In this document: positions 1-12,200 of the stretch, piece by piece
Layout of the letters: each line of letters opens with the position of its first letter
Position numbering within the stretch: the stretch's first letter is position 1
Source: Babesia bigemina
Taxonomy: Eukaryota
Direction: 5' to 3'
DNA length: 64,000 bases
Assembly (NCBI RefSeq): GCF_000981445.1
Contig: NC_027217.1
Location: forward strand, 2,666,001-2,730,000
Made by a program: the position numbers and the translations under genes
The notes under the pieces: generated by a model
What the model was told of the DNA's origin: nothing
Seen by the model: only the letters and a program-made list of their open reading frames with translations
The model's database searches: none

Positions 1-377
1 TACTGAAGGTATTCTTCTTGGACCCAGTGAGCATCGTCTCAATCCAACTGTGCTGCGACGCGCCACCGGATGACCTAGAAGCCTCGAAACCCAAGACTGT
101 TCGGGTGAGTTTGCATGTCATCTAAACAAATATCTAACAGCTATACACCAACCGGACGGAGTTCGACTTCAGTGAATCGGATTCCGTGATACCACAACAC
201 GAAATCGTTTTAAATGAAGTTTCAGTCGGAGAAAAACAGACACTCAAGGGCACAAAGTTCGACAGGGTCACCAGCCTGCAAATTTTCATAGTAGACAACC
301 TGGAGGGAAAGGAGCGCACGTATCTCCAACGACTTATCCTCATGGGCACAGTGCACCGACCATATCCTGATAGGTAG
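1..377 (+). CDS. PITH-domain protein (TXNL1/PITHD1-like), 3' part; intron 105-140
   Basis: Spliced frame ...ASKPKTVR|LYTNRTEFDFSE...KFDRVTSLQIFIVDN.EG.ERT.LQRLILMG resembles the PITH domain. The 36-nt GTGAGT...ACAG intron keeps the frame. The 5' end is outside the window. Confidence 0.75.
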
Positions 378-755
378 ATCTGTTTCACATCACGGCTGTC
401 AATGCTAGGTTAACCGTGAGAAACGAAGTGTAGCTAATCGTAATTCATCTGGCGATAACGTAACACATGTTCTGTATACACTAACCAATCGTGTGCTAGT
501 TTGTTAGGTATGACGATAGCTAGCACCGAGGGTGAGTGAAGTCAGTTGAATGGTTGAGTCGTGGTTGTGAAGCTGTATTAGCGGTGTGGGCACAAGCTAC
601 GTAGCGTTTGGAGCTGCGTGTTGTTTACGGGGGTGTTTGTTAAGGCTGCCGCCAGCCAGAGAACGTAATAATCAACCGTAACACGCACTAGAATGATACA
701 TACATGATACTATATTGATATTGCGATGTGGTGAGTCCATACTACGCCAGAATTG

Positions 756-1163
756 TCATACGAGGCCACGTCTGCTTTTACAGTGGGTTGGCGATGTTCC
801 GTTGTTCCAGTAGTCACGCAATTGCTTGAAACCTGGATCCGATTTCCAAGCGAAGAAGTACATGACGGCCGCAATGAGTAGTAGGAATAAAACGGTTAGG
901 CAGAAGGCCGTGATGCCTACCTTCGGCTTACACTTTTTACAACCACGTTTCATGAAATCGGGGCACTTCTTACAGGGTGCTCCAGGGCATTTGGCTTTGT
1001 GTTTACTCAGGATCTCAGTACATAAAGGGCATGTCTCTCCATTCGTAACTGTCCCGTTACAGTGCTTACAACACCAGTAACAGCAGTGACAACCATGTGC
1101 GCTACATCTTGTTATTTCATCACTAGGATTTTTACATATACATTTCGCGGTTTTTTCGTACAT
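756..1163 (-). CDS. Small Cys-rich single-TM protein (lineage-specific family, copy 1)
   Basis: 135 aa ATG ORF with many CxxC/CC motifs, then hydrophobic VGITAFCLTVLFLLLIAAVMYFFAW. Clear paralog at 2870-3274. Confidence 0.7.
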   Translation of the reverse strand: MYEKTAKCICKNPSDEITRCSAHGCHCCYWCCKHCNGTVTNGETCPLCTEILSKHKAKCPGAPCKKCPDFMKRGCKKCKPKVGITAFCLTVLFLLLIAAVMYFFAWKSDPGFKQLRDYWNNGTSPTHCKSRRGLV

Positions 1164-3234
1164 CTGGCGACTGTGGCACCACTGCTGGCTGCTTCACCTG
1201 GCCCATTTTTACCAACAATTAACCACTATGAAAAGCCTACCGTGCAGGTGGTGGCAATAAGGATCCTAGTTATCAATCACATATAACAACTCTAACTATA
1301 TAGGGAGCTATGGCGAAATAATATGGCAGCGTTAACTGTAAAGCGTATGGTTAAGGAATATCAAAACATTACTCTAAATCTCATTAGAGGATAGACCGCC
1401 ATCGCATGCTTAAAAACTTGTAGTCTTAGGGTACCCGCATATGCATTCATGTGCCCCATCACGTCACCTATATTATCTATACCGTGCGGATATGCCGCAA
1501 GCAATCTGATAAAGTACATAGACCACGTTATGCGTCGATAGGTGCGAAGATGAGTTGCATGAGGCTGTATAATTTCATCTGCGTTTGCTTGTACATAGCA
1601 TGAAGTAGTGACAGACGCAAGATATCAACATTAGGCATCCGATGTGACTGTTTACGTTTGTGCTGCATTACGAAAAAATTTGCCATGTGGTAGAATAAAT
1701 CCATTCCCTTATCAATAACGTGTTTTTACCTCGCCGCATAGACATCATGAGACGTCCATGCCGCTTCTGCGTGCAACAGATGCTGCAAATCCCGACTTAG
1801 TCGTATCAGCAGTGGTACTAAGGGGATATAAAGTAGGATTCTGCATGGATAGTCTCACAAGGTATATGTTAGCATTGTAAGCAAACTCGCTACAAAATCT
1901 ATAACATGGAATCGTAAGCAGGACTAACACCGTCTGAAACACTGATGCTTTCGCCGTTATGGGGTTAGACATAGTGGCAAGTAATTGAAGTGTAGGCGTG
2001 TGAAATAACGTGCCTCTCCGGAAACGTAGCACAACGAAATGGCAAATCGCGAAGAAATTGCCCAAAAAATGACTGCAACGTTGTGGTAACGACTGTGTAA
2101 CTGCAATTATCGAAATTAATTCCAAAACTAACAGAACCAACGCTTAAAATTTTCGCGGTGTACGACGTATTTTAGTCGAAGCATTCCAACAGCGTCAATC
2201 TCTATTGACCATAAGGCCACGCTTATTGAAGCGGCGAAAAGCGTTGGGATGGGATGCAAATCCACTAACATGGCAATCGAAAAAAGATCAACGCCTTCAT
2301 ACAGAATAACAAATAATATCGATGGTGAAACATGCCATATTTTACAAGTCACTTGGCGCAAAACATTGTTTCGCTATATAGAATATTTAAAAACGTTCGG
2401 GGTCTTTGCTTATTATAAACTCTCCTGATCATATAGTCCTCCGTATTCATAATATGCGATTCACGATTAAACCGAGATTTTATCCTCCGATATGTTTGAA
2501 ACATTCAATATAGGAATATCATTTGCGATGTAAATGATGCTATTTTCTCATTATTCACCTCGCGAGCGTCAAAACAATTTGACTACGTGAAAACGAATGT
2601 CATCAGTACAAATAGAAGATATTTCAATACCACATTAAATGAACACTGGCCGCATATATTGGCCACGGTAGAACGATCGGCGAATCCATGCTTACCCACG
2701 GCCATGCATTGTCAATAAAGCACTGCGATTGTTATCATGATGTGTAGATGTCTTGAATCAATAACTACACAAAGTGAAAGCTGAGGTCATCGTTTGCGCA
2801 GCATCGACGTTAACCGCTGCCGCACTTCTTCCTGGTTAGGCCGACGATTGCCACGCAGAGTTGTTAAGGATGGTTCAGAAAGAGATGGAAGCAAAACAAA
2901 AGTGTGAATGTAAATACAGTGAAAATAAAAATCATCATACAAAGTGTGGTACAAGGGGTAAATGTATCTGCTGCCCCTCCTGTTGCGCTCTTTGTAAACC
3001 CCTGCCTGGCAAGAAACCCTGCGGTGTATGCCAAAAAATCTGGCAAGAACACAATTGCAACGTGCCCAAATGTGACGAATGTCCACTGTATTACAAAAAT
3101 GGTTGTGAAAATTGTAAGCCGAAGGTAGGCATCACTGCCTTTTGCCTAACCGTTTTATTCCTACTACTCATTGTAGCCGTCATGTATTTCTTCGCTTGGA
3201 AATCGGATCCAGGTTTCAAGCAGTTGCGTGACTA
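811..3234. repeat. Inverted repeat pair 811-932 / 3113-3234 (122 bp, 6 mismatches by hand alignment)
   Basis: Reverse complement of 811-932 aligns without gaps to 3113-3234. It covers the TM/C-terminal coding part of the two divergent paralogs. Confidence 0.9.
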
Positions 3235-3274
3235 TTTAAATAATGGGAAGGACTTGTCACAATTTAAGCAGTAG
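2870..3274 (+). CDS. Small Cys-rich single-TM protein (copy 2)
   Basis: First ATG at 2870 in ORF 2861-3274. Cys/Lys-rich N-terminus. TM and tail nearly identical to the 756-1163 protein. Confidence 0.7.
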   Translation: MVQKEMEAKQKCECKYSENKNHHTKCGTRGKCICCPSCCALCKPLPGKKPCGVCQKIWQEHNCNVPKCDECPLYYKNGCENCKPKVGITAFCLTVLFLLLIVAVMYFFAWKSDPGFKQLRDYLNNGKDLSQFKQ

Positions 3275-3968
3275 AAAAAACCTCACAGCTGATATGGCGT
3301 CCTCATGGACGTGACATCGTATGTCAATGTGGTAGCATTTGTGTCCGGGATAGGGTTGCTTTGTGATGTACTATCTTGCCATCGCATGTGAAGAATCATG
3401 ATGCATCGCAATACGACCCAGCTTTGTATTCATGAGGCCGTATATTGTTTATCTTGATGTGCTTGAAGTCAGGTCACATATATACTTATTCAACCACACT
3501 GGTACCTGCGATCCCTAAAAACCAGATATATAAACGTGATAGTTCCCGCTATCACCATATCAGCCATCCGTAACCATAACTATCGCACAATATACGGCAG
3601 CTCCAACCATAAGGTACCGAAGATTCAAAGAAACCTTACGTAATAAATCAGCCCTAGACGCCGTCGCCAAACTATTGGCGGCTTCCGCACAATATTCAGA
3701 ATCGACCACATGCTAGAAGACTGACACTTCTCGCTAATCCATCACCCCACCATATATTGCATTTTAGCCAGCGGTGGAAACCCTGCTATGCTCTAAACCG
3801 GAAATCTAATCCTCTAAACCGCTATCCGAATGAAACAACCTTTAAACAGTATACGCTTTTCACTAACCAAAGTAAGGAGAGCAGATATATAGTACTCACG
3901 TCAATGAAATGTACACAGCAGCCCATTAGAGGGTGGAATGCAAAACACATTAGTCCCGATTGACGAAG

Positions 3969-4323
3969 TTACTGCGCCTCAACGTTCTGCTTGTACAGAC
4001 GCTCAATGGTGGACTTGATGGTCGCACCGGTCGAAGTGCCCAACGACCACGCACCTCCGGCAACACGCCTCTTGCAGCGCTTGCATTCCCAGATGCCAAC
4101 GGCCTTCCAGCGGGTGGCGTCCTGAAAAACGTGTAATGACCGTTGCACAACAGTACCTTTCCACAGAACGGGCAGTTGTAGGCGGTGTGCTGCAACAGCA
4201 GGATCTTGCGAGCCTGCTTCCTCAGGGAGGCACCGTAACGGACACCGTACTTGCCGGTGACGCCGACCTGACACGGATGAAAACGCCTCAATTCAAGCCT
4301 ACCTTCTTCGTGCGCTTGGACAT
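3969..4323 (-). CDS. RPL37A: 60S ribosomal protein L37a (eL43), 2 introns
   Basis: Spliced [25 protein letters not shown]...[34 protein letters not shown] with the C4 zinc finger. Short GT-AG introns. Confidence 0.95.
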
Positions 4324-5012
4324 TTTCTAAATTATCTGTTAAAGGACGTAGTACGCGATAATGGGCCAAAGTGAGCAGCAACGGAGCTCCAATAGGCCGG
4401 TGTGGTGGTGGGCTCGGCAACGCAAGACACCACGGTCCAATATAAACGGCTTAAACTCGCACTATATTCCACGAACGTACGCAGATGATAGTGCAAACGC
4501 CTGGAGCGATTCCTTAAAGATATGTGCCGGTAACACGCGTGAAGTGAACCGCTGCCGCGTCGTGGGGGCAACGACCTCCGAAAGCCGGACAGCAATGATT
4601 AGACCAGAAACGGCTATTATATTGCGCAAATTAAAAGTAATATTATAATTAATCACGCTGATGCTATGCGGCGTGAAATATGGCCGATGTGAGCAGGACG
4701 AACTACTCCTGCTCAGTGAACTTCACTGTGTAATAAAAAGGCTAGTACAGCCAATCTCACGTAGCCCGTAGGCAACACATTTGCTTAATTCAGCGGAATT
4801 GAGCGTTCCGTAAATTTGCGGGCATCCACACTTGCCTCCACAGGCACACCCAGTACACTGAACAGCCATCAAAACAGACGCTACGAAAAGGCAATCACAC
4901 ACCGCACCAACACAAAGCCGAAATATAGACACCGGTAGACCACAAAATACATGTTCTCTAGCAATTAAAGGCGGTGTGTTAGTAGTAACAATGGCGGCGC
5001 ATCATCGTCAGC

Positions 5013-5261
5013 TTAAGACGGCATACCAACCAGGATGTTGTTCACCGGGATGAACATGAGCTTCACCATGTAACCGATAATTCCCATGATGAAGAATCCG
5101 ATGGAGCACGCGCGCAGGATGCGAGTATACTCCTTCTTGTCTGGCTTCGTGCACTTGCGCACGAGACGTGTGCTGTCGTTAATGAAATCCGTCACCGTGC
5201 GAACGGTGTATCCAGCGGGATTGCTGGGATCCAGCAGGAAATTCGGGACTTGCAGCTTCAT
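5013..5261 (-). CDS. SEC61G: Protein transport protein Sec61 gamma subunit
   Basis: [54 protein letters not shown] is the SecE/Sec61-gamma signature. ATG at 5261. Confidence 0.93.
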   Translation of the reverse strand: MKLQVPNFLLDPSNPAGYTVRTVTDFINDSTRLVRKCTKPDKKEYTRILRACSIGFFIMGIIGYMVKLMFIPVNNILVGMPS

Positions 5262-6201
5262 TATGCCAACGCAGGGCCGCCGGCGGGCTCCCTCTGCTCC
5301 AGGCGCAAGACGCCGACAGATACGATGTGTAGCAACGACAAGGCCAAAGGCTTTGCCGAGCGATGGAAAAAGTGAGAAACGAGTAAAAAAATGTGTGACC
5401 ACTCCAGCGCGTATTCGACACGTGCCCGAGGTGTTAGATGGGGCCAGAAGCCAATGCTGACGAGCACTTTAAATCGAGGCAACAATGCACCTGCGCAGTC
5501 TTGTGTAGGTTTCATAATTGTGTTATATGTGTAAACTGCCGTTCGGAGACATTTCGTGCTAATGTGTAGCACGCATCTATCATGATCTCCAAAGGGGCGC
5601 ACAGATGGACGCTATTTCACCTCGTATGGCTCTATGTGCGTCAGAGGCGATGTAACACCGCATTCAGTGGACAAGTTAACACGCAATACAGTCGTATGGT
5701 AGCGCCTTAACTGCGACGGCATCACTGCCGAAGCCAACATTAACTCAGTTCGCGTCTCAGCATCCAAGCTGCGTTACACACTAAGCCATCTGCTGCATTA
5801 AAGTCTAAATACTGTGATATCGTCCACGAGCTACGCTTGTAAACCTACGGCAATCGGCTGGTGGCATGTAGCGTTGCTGCACATCCCGACCCCGCCGACG
5901 ACTTGTACGACTCAATGCTATACACGGGACACGTGAATTGGTGTGTTGCCAACAGGGTTGCTGCTACACACCATAGGGAAGCGCCGGATGCGCCCGGCTG
6001 AATTCTTAGCCGGAATTGCTGGACACCAGCGCCCGAACCAGGGTGAACCTATGTGCGCAATCCCGCGCGCCGGATTGCCGACCATATACCGCCGCCTATG
6101 TGTTAAACGCGCATAGTCAGCACGAGGGCGGTCTCTGGTACATGTTGTGACGTCGCCAGGCCTTAAAGCGTATGCCGTAGACACCGACACACATCGCCAA
6201 G

Positions 6202-8988
6202 ATGATGCCGCGTACGAGCTCCCTGCTGTCCGACTTCTCCTCGCCGGGCTCGTACCTGTCCGGTCCGATGGACGAAAGCGGACCAATCACCTCGGAGGGA
6301 GATGACTTCAGCATCATCATACCGAGGAACATGCAGCGAACAAACTCCAAGTCGATGCTTACCGACGATCACACCTTCATGCTCAATTTGCCGATGAACA
6401 TGGAGTCGACCGTCGTAGACCTCAGATCGCTCTCCACGGAAGGGTTGCCCTCGCCTTCGAAGTTCAGCATCGCAAAAATGCTGGCGCGCAACTCCATGCT
6501 GGAGCAGGCGATGCAGTTCACCAACACCAACGGATACAGGAACCTCTCGCACCTGGGCGGACGGGTGATGGCACAGCACGACCGACACTGGGAGCGGGCA
6601 ATGATACAGCGAGACGCGAACATGGCGCTGCAACTCGAGGACTGCAGAGAGGCCAACTTCGCAGATTACGTACACTACGACCCGGAGGAGTTCGAGGAGG
6701 CCTCACCGACGCCCTCGTTCAGCGACGAGGATTCTAGCGAAGTACGTATCGGGATACCGCTGCGCAGCTGCACTCTGCATGCTCCGAAGCCGCGCAAGCG
6801 TGGCGTTGTCGAGGAGCTAGTATCGCGCGGGGTCTCGCCGGGTGAGGTCGCCAAGTTGTCCGACCTCTTCGAGTACCCGTCGTGCCTCAAAGCCGTAGAC
6901 ATGTCGTTCATACCGTGGATCAAGACGCAGACGGAACAGGGCTACTGGCGAAACGAGGCCGCGCTCTTCGTGCTCTGCGTCACCATGGCCATCAGCGTCG
7001 GCAACGTCGAGACACTCTTCAAGCTCAACGCCTCATGGTCGGGGATGGTATTCCTGGTGCCCTACTTCTTCGCCTACATCCTGGTCGTGCAGCCCATGAT
7101 CTGCCTCGAGCTTATGCTGGGGCAGCTATACCGAGGCGGACAGAGCGCCATATACGACAAGCTGCGCCGGGGGTGCAGCGGACTGGGCACGGCCATCGTC
7201 GTCATTTGCCTCTGCTCAGGCTGTTTCGCCTGCGCCAGGTGCGCGGCGGAGTACATCCTCTACATTTTCGACATATTCAAGCGCCAGGTGCCGTGGAAGC
7301 TCGCGCCCGAAGAAATCACCATGTGCAACGAAATCACAGACCGTGATATTTGCATGCAAAAAATACCCATGTGCTACTTCGCAAACGACGTGTGCGTGCC
7401 CAGCGCCCTGGGCAAGGCGTACTTGGCGTATCAAAGCAAGTTTTACACGGCGACCAATGAGGTGCTGAACTTCGAGCCCTCGCTCGCGTGGGCCATCGTG
7501 GGCACATACGGCATAGTCTCCGTGTTCCAGTTTGCGGGGATGGGCAACTTCACCTTCTCGGCGTCCCTGGTTATCATCATCGCATTCTTCGTCACGCACA
7601 TACAGGTGGGTAGCGCCGAGTGCGCACGTCATGGCGCGCAGGCTTTCACGGCGATCACGCTGGACGGGGGCACGGACTTCCTCTGGGAGAGCTTCAGGAA
7701 CCTGGATTGGAGCCACCTATACCGAAGCAGCCGCATATGGTCGCACTCCTTGCGGTCGTGCATGTACGAGTACATCATCGGCAGCGGCATATACACCACG
7801 CTGGCGGCAAAGTCGCGAATCGGCTACGACATATCCAAGGAGACGGTCGGCGTGGGCATTTTTTCGGGGTACGTGACGATGCTACTCTTCGGAACGGCGT
7901 GCGCACTCATCGGACACTACGCCAAGTTGCTGCGCCTCAAGCCCATCGATATCATGTGGATGCTCGGACAGGACTGCAGCTACATACTGCTGCCGCTCGG
8001 ATTCAAGTCCACGGAGAACATGGAGCGCACGCTCTGCATGCTTCAGTTCAGCTGCTGCGTGGTCATGCTCTGCTCCACGCTCGCCATACAAATCGAGGTC
8101 GCGGTCGCCAACATCAAGGACCTCCCCTGGCTGGGCATCAACAAGCTGCACAGACGCTGGACGAGCCTATGCATCATACTGGTGCTCATGTGCTCCTCGC
8201 TGATGCTCTGCTCGAGGACGGGCAAGCGCGTGGTTTGGTTCCTCGAAATCGCCGTTGGCGACCTCGGGCGCGCGTTCACGGTGTTCATCGCCTCCATCGT
8301 CGTCGGCTGGCTATACGGATGCGACAAGCAGAAGGAGGCGCTCGGAACAAAGGCAGTGTACACGTTCAACGCGGTTTTCTGGGCCTTTAATTTCGTCGCG
8401 TTCCTTTGCGAAACCTCAGACGAGTATCTCTGGGCGATAGTCTGGTGGTTCATGCGGGCGGCCGGCATTGCCGTCGCGCTCGCAGCAGCCTACCACTTCA
8501 ACCAGCAGGACCCGGAGCGCAGTAAAACGCTCAGCGAGTGCGCGTGGTGGCTCTGCTGCGGCAACGTGGAGCAGCTCAGGATGGAAATCTGCCGCATCAG
8601 CCCGCTCAGCAACGTCGGCGGACTGCCCATGAAGATCTTCTGGTCAATCTGCATCAAGTGGTTCGTGCCCTGCATGATGAGCAACACCATCGCGGACGTG
8701 TTCGAGGAGATCGTCGCGCCACACCGCGTCGCCGTGCAGGTCAACAAAATCCCACCCGGATGGCAGTGGGTCACCATCCTGCTCTGGGCCTTCCTGATCT
8801 GCATCGTCTTCGTACCGCCGATCCTGCTCTGGGTCGCGCCCAACCTCGTGCCGGTCTACGAAACCATAGACCTCTCGAGCATACCCTCATGCCCCGTGAA
8901 GCACTCGTTCTGGCAGAACCTCGTGCCCCGCAACCTGTTCCGCGAGTTGTACTGCGACAACGGGAGAGTGAAACCCAAGGTCACTTAA
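6202..8988 (+). CDS. Sodium:neurotransmitter symporter (SLC6/SNF) family transporter
   Basis: 928 aa ORF with many TM helices. Motifs AISVGNV and FLVPYFFAYILVVQPMICLELMLGQLYRGG are SNF-like. Probable in-frame 36-nt intron near 7606-7641. Confidence 0.8.
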   Translation: MMPRTSSLLSDFSSPGSYLSGPMDESGPITSEGDDFSIIIPRNMQRTNSKSMLTDDHTFMLNLPMNMESTVVDLRSLSTEGLPSPSKFSIAKMLARNSMLEQAMQFTNTNGYRNLSHLGGRVMAQHDRHWERAMIQRDANMALQLEDCREANFADYVHYDPEEFEEASPTPSFSDEDSSEVRIGIPLRSCTLHAPKPRKRGVVEELVSRGVSPGEVAKLSDLFEYPSCLKAVDMSFIPWIKTQTEQGYWRNEAALFVLCVTMAISVGNVETLFKLNASWSGMVFLVPYFFAYILVVQPMICLELMLGQLYRGGQSAIYDKLRRGCSGLGTAIVVICLCSGCFACARCAAEYILYIFDIFKRQVPWKLAPEEITMCNEITDRDICMQKIPMCYFANDVCVPSALGKAYLAYQSKFYTATNEVLNFEPSLAWAIVGTYGIVSVFQFAGMGNFTFSASLVIIIAFFVTHIQVGSAECARHGAQAFTAITLDGGTDFLWESFRNLDWSHLYRSSRIWSHSLRSCMYEYIIGSGIYTTLAAKSRIGYDISKETVGVGIFSGYVTMLLFGTACALIGHYAKLLRLKPIDIMWMLGQDCSYILLPLGFKSTENMERTLCMLQFSCCVVMLCSTLAIQIEVAVANIKDLPWLGINKLHRRWTSLCIILVLMCSSLMLCSRTGKRVVWFLEIAVGDLGRAFTVFIASIVVGWLYGCDKQKEALGTKAVYTFNAVFWAFNFVAFLCETSDEYLWAIVWWFMRAAGIAVALAAAYHFNQQDPERSKTLSECAWWLCCGNVEQLRMEICRISPLSNVGGLPMKIFWSICIKWFVPCMMSNTIADVFEEIVAPHRVAVQVNKIPPGWQWVTILLWAFLICIVFVPPILLWVAPNLVPVYETIDLSSIPSCPVKHSFWQNLVPRNLFRELYCDNGRVKPKVT

Positions 8989-9203
8989 ACTAACGCTGCA
9001 CGTGACTTAAGATTAAGCGTATGTTCGACTTTTAAAACTACCGTGTCGCGCGTGCGTAGGACACTATAAAATTACGGCTCGAAGCCGCAAAAAAAGGTGC
9101 GACTCCAGCTCGGCGTACGTGCGCTGCATTCCATAGACCATAATCAGAAATCTTTTAAAAATCGGCGGCGGCTCCAATCGAGATGCCTGTTTAAAATGCC
9201 GAG

Positions 9204-12200
9204 TTATTCCAGGAGTCGTTCCAGGTCTTCCCTGGACGTGACGGTGTTGCGGAGGCGGCCCTCCCTGGCGAGCCTCAGCGACTCCTCGTAGATCGACGCC
9301 ACCAGGTCCGGGTTTACCTCCAGGCGCTCGAGCGGCTCTAGGTCTAGTGGCTCCGGTGGCTCGCCGTCGCACTGCACGCCCAGTTGCGGGGGCGAGTGGT
9401 CGACTCGGCGGCGGATATTCCGGCGGACCGGCACGCTTCGCACGGCACGCGAACCCCATTCACCCGAAGACAGCTCCTCTGGTTGCACAGCGCTTAACGG
9501 AGTGATGGAGAGCGCCGTGATGGCCGAGTCCACGTTGTCCTCGGGCCACACAAGCCACAGGGTGTTGGCCACGAACTCCTCAGAGGCGCCGAGCGACCCG
9601 CAGTACCGCCGCAGCATATCAAACGCGGCATCCCAATTATCGAAAATACCGATGCCCATTAAATCTGCAGCATCGATGCGGGTGTGACCCAGCAAGAGAC
9701 GACGACGGAGTTCATCCAGCACTGCTCGCAACTCGCCGCCGTGCTCATCCGGCGGAATTGACAAGTGGTCCGATTGGGTCTCCGACAGGCCGTCGGAATC
9801 AATAGACATCTTGCGTCGCACGTGTGTTCCCCTACCGGTACCGGAATGCGCGGATGAGCGTTGGCCGCCGCCCCTCTTCTTCCCCCTGCCGGGACGCAGC
9901 CCGAAGATGTTGAAGCTGACGGGCGCGTCGAGGTCAAGGTGGTCCTCGTGCTGATCATCAGAGGCGCCGTCCATGTGCTTCTCAAAGGAGTCCTCGAAAT
10001 CGGTGTCCACGGCCATAGAGGATGGAGGGCGTTTGGACGAGCCTGAGGGCTGATGCACATTAGTTTGCACTATCATTTCCAGGCGGGACGCTGGCAGCCT
10101 GCTCAAATTGATGGCCACGCGGAGCCTGTCCACGGCGATGATTGCATTGGGCAAACTGTCGCACGCGATCATCGGCGGCCGAACCTCAACCTCCGCAAGT
10201 CGTAACAGGTTGCGGACGCGTGACAGGCATTCCTCCCGCTGCGGCAGGTAGCTGCAAACCGCTTCTGCACGGCCCAGAACTGACGCTGATTCGACCAGAT
10301 TTATGGCGGACTGGATTATACCACTGGCATTCGCCGACTCGCCGTGCTCCTCCAAACAGCGAATCAGACGCAAAACCAATTCTGCAATATCCTTACTCGT
10401 CACCACGGCGGGCTGGGACACGCCGCTATCCGTATCCATCTGTGTGTCCTCATGTACGGATTCGCCTGCAGCAGCTGACGTCGCCGTGGCGCGTGTCTCG
10501 GGGGTCGACTGCGAGGCGCTCTCTGCACGTTCCTTGCCCACGACGATGTAGCTGGACGGGTCATCCAACACCGCCATCAGTGGCGCCAAATCCCCCGTAT
10601 TCTTGGGCAGCAACCAGTTTTGTGATATGCCCAGGCAGTGGAGCACGGCCTGGAACTCGGCGGATCCCAAGAGGCGGGGTGACGCTGACAGCGGCTCCAT
10701 CACCTCGCAAACGGCGTCAGCGCCGCCCAGGCGTTGCATCTCAATCGACTCGGAGATGTTCTCGTGCAGCTCCGCGCACACCTTTATGGCCTCGTCAGCG
10801 AATAGCGAGACGAGGTTGCGCAGCAACTTCTGCAGCGCTGCCGTGTTGCCGCCCTTCGCACCCTGCGGCTCGGACGTCGGCACCCTCAACTCCTCCAGAC
10901 GACGTTGGACGTCGGCCTCACGACGGCCCAGCAGCTCCGCGATGTACGCCACAGGGTCCGCCAAAAACCGGAATTGCTTGTAGTACTTCAGCAGCGCTGC
11001 GTCCTCCTCGGGATCCCACGTGCTGCTGCCAGAGGCGCCGCGCTTCTCCCTGACCACCTCATACACCGTCGCCTCGGGGCGTTGTAGCAGCTCGCTCAGC
11101 AGTCCGCAGTGCTCGTAGCCGCGCATTATGGGTGTGATGTTATCGGGGGCGCACGGCCGGAAGGGGCCCTTCGTGGCGGGAGAGCACTTGTTGAAGAAGA
11201 GCTCCAATGGCAGGAACCTGTTTCCCCGGCCCAGCCAGCCGTCGAAAAACGATTCCATCACCCGAACGCAGTAGTCGCCGATCCAGCGCCACTTCGCGTT
11301 CTGCCACACGCGGCGGTCGCCCACAATGTCGCGGAACACGTAAAAGTACTTGATGTCGTAAAGCATCGGCAGCGGCACGGACTCCAGGTGAGATACCAGC
11401 ATGTCGTTCAGATGCGGCGAGTTGGTGCGGAAGTTGGCGAGCATTGCAACACAGTTGTACACCACACGTCCGTTGTACAGAATGTCGTCGTTAGCGGTGT
11501 TGCGGTTGCGAGAGCTGAACACGGAATCTGCAGTCACGATCACAGTCTTCGTGATCGATACGCCGTCGTCACTGGAGTCGGAATCGGAATCGCGGCCTAT
11601 GGCGTCAGACCGCGAGTTTTCGTGCGTGAAAGACACCGAGCCCACGGCACGCACCACGTGGCGTAGCAGGTGGAGGTTCGCCAGCGCGAAACAGAAAAGG
11701 TTGGAAGGTTGGGACAGCATCTTAAAATAGCGCAAAATCCAGAACAGAATGGCGCGGATGTCGGACGTAAAGTAGGCTGCCAGAGTTTCCTGGCAAATAC
11801 TCATCACGTGCACGTTGCTGCGGATGTCGCCAATCATCTGGAACAGGTTCAAATCAGCGTACAGCGCCCTCAGCGCGCTAGTCGCTCCGAAATGGGATGC
11901 CTTTGACAAGGAGTGTTTGCGGATCAGCTGCCACACGTAAGCGCATGCCACTTTGGCGCAAGACGAGTCGGCCCCGATGTAACGCCGAAGCGCCAGCAAC
12001 ACGTACGCCTCCGGCGGAGCCTGGCGGTCTTCAGTACGGCACTGTTCGCGCAGGTACAGGTACATGCAGCGGTAGTACGTCACGACCCACGTATGCAGGT
12101 CGAGCACAACCTGGTAGTCACTCTGCTGGTAGTAACGATCCTGCGCCTCCCTCATCAGGTCGCCGAAACACAGGGACAGGACCAAACCCAGCTCGTAATA

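Noticed and set aside
4723..4932. Cys-rich 69-aa ORF as a sixth microprotein
   Set aside because: GTG start, no C-terminal TM and no shared motif spacing. It lies in the Sec61-gamma/RPL37A spacer.
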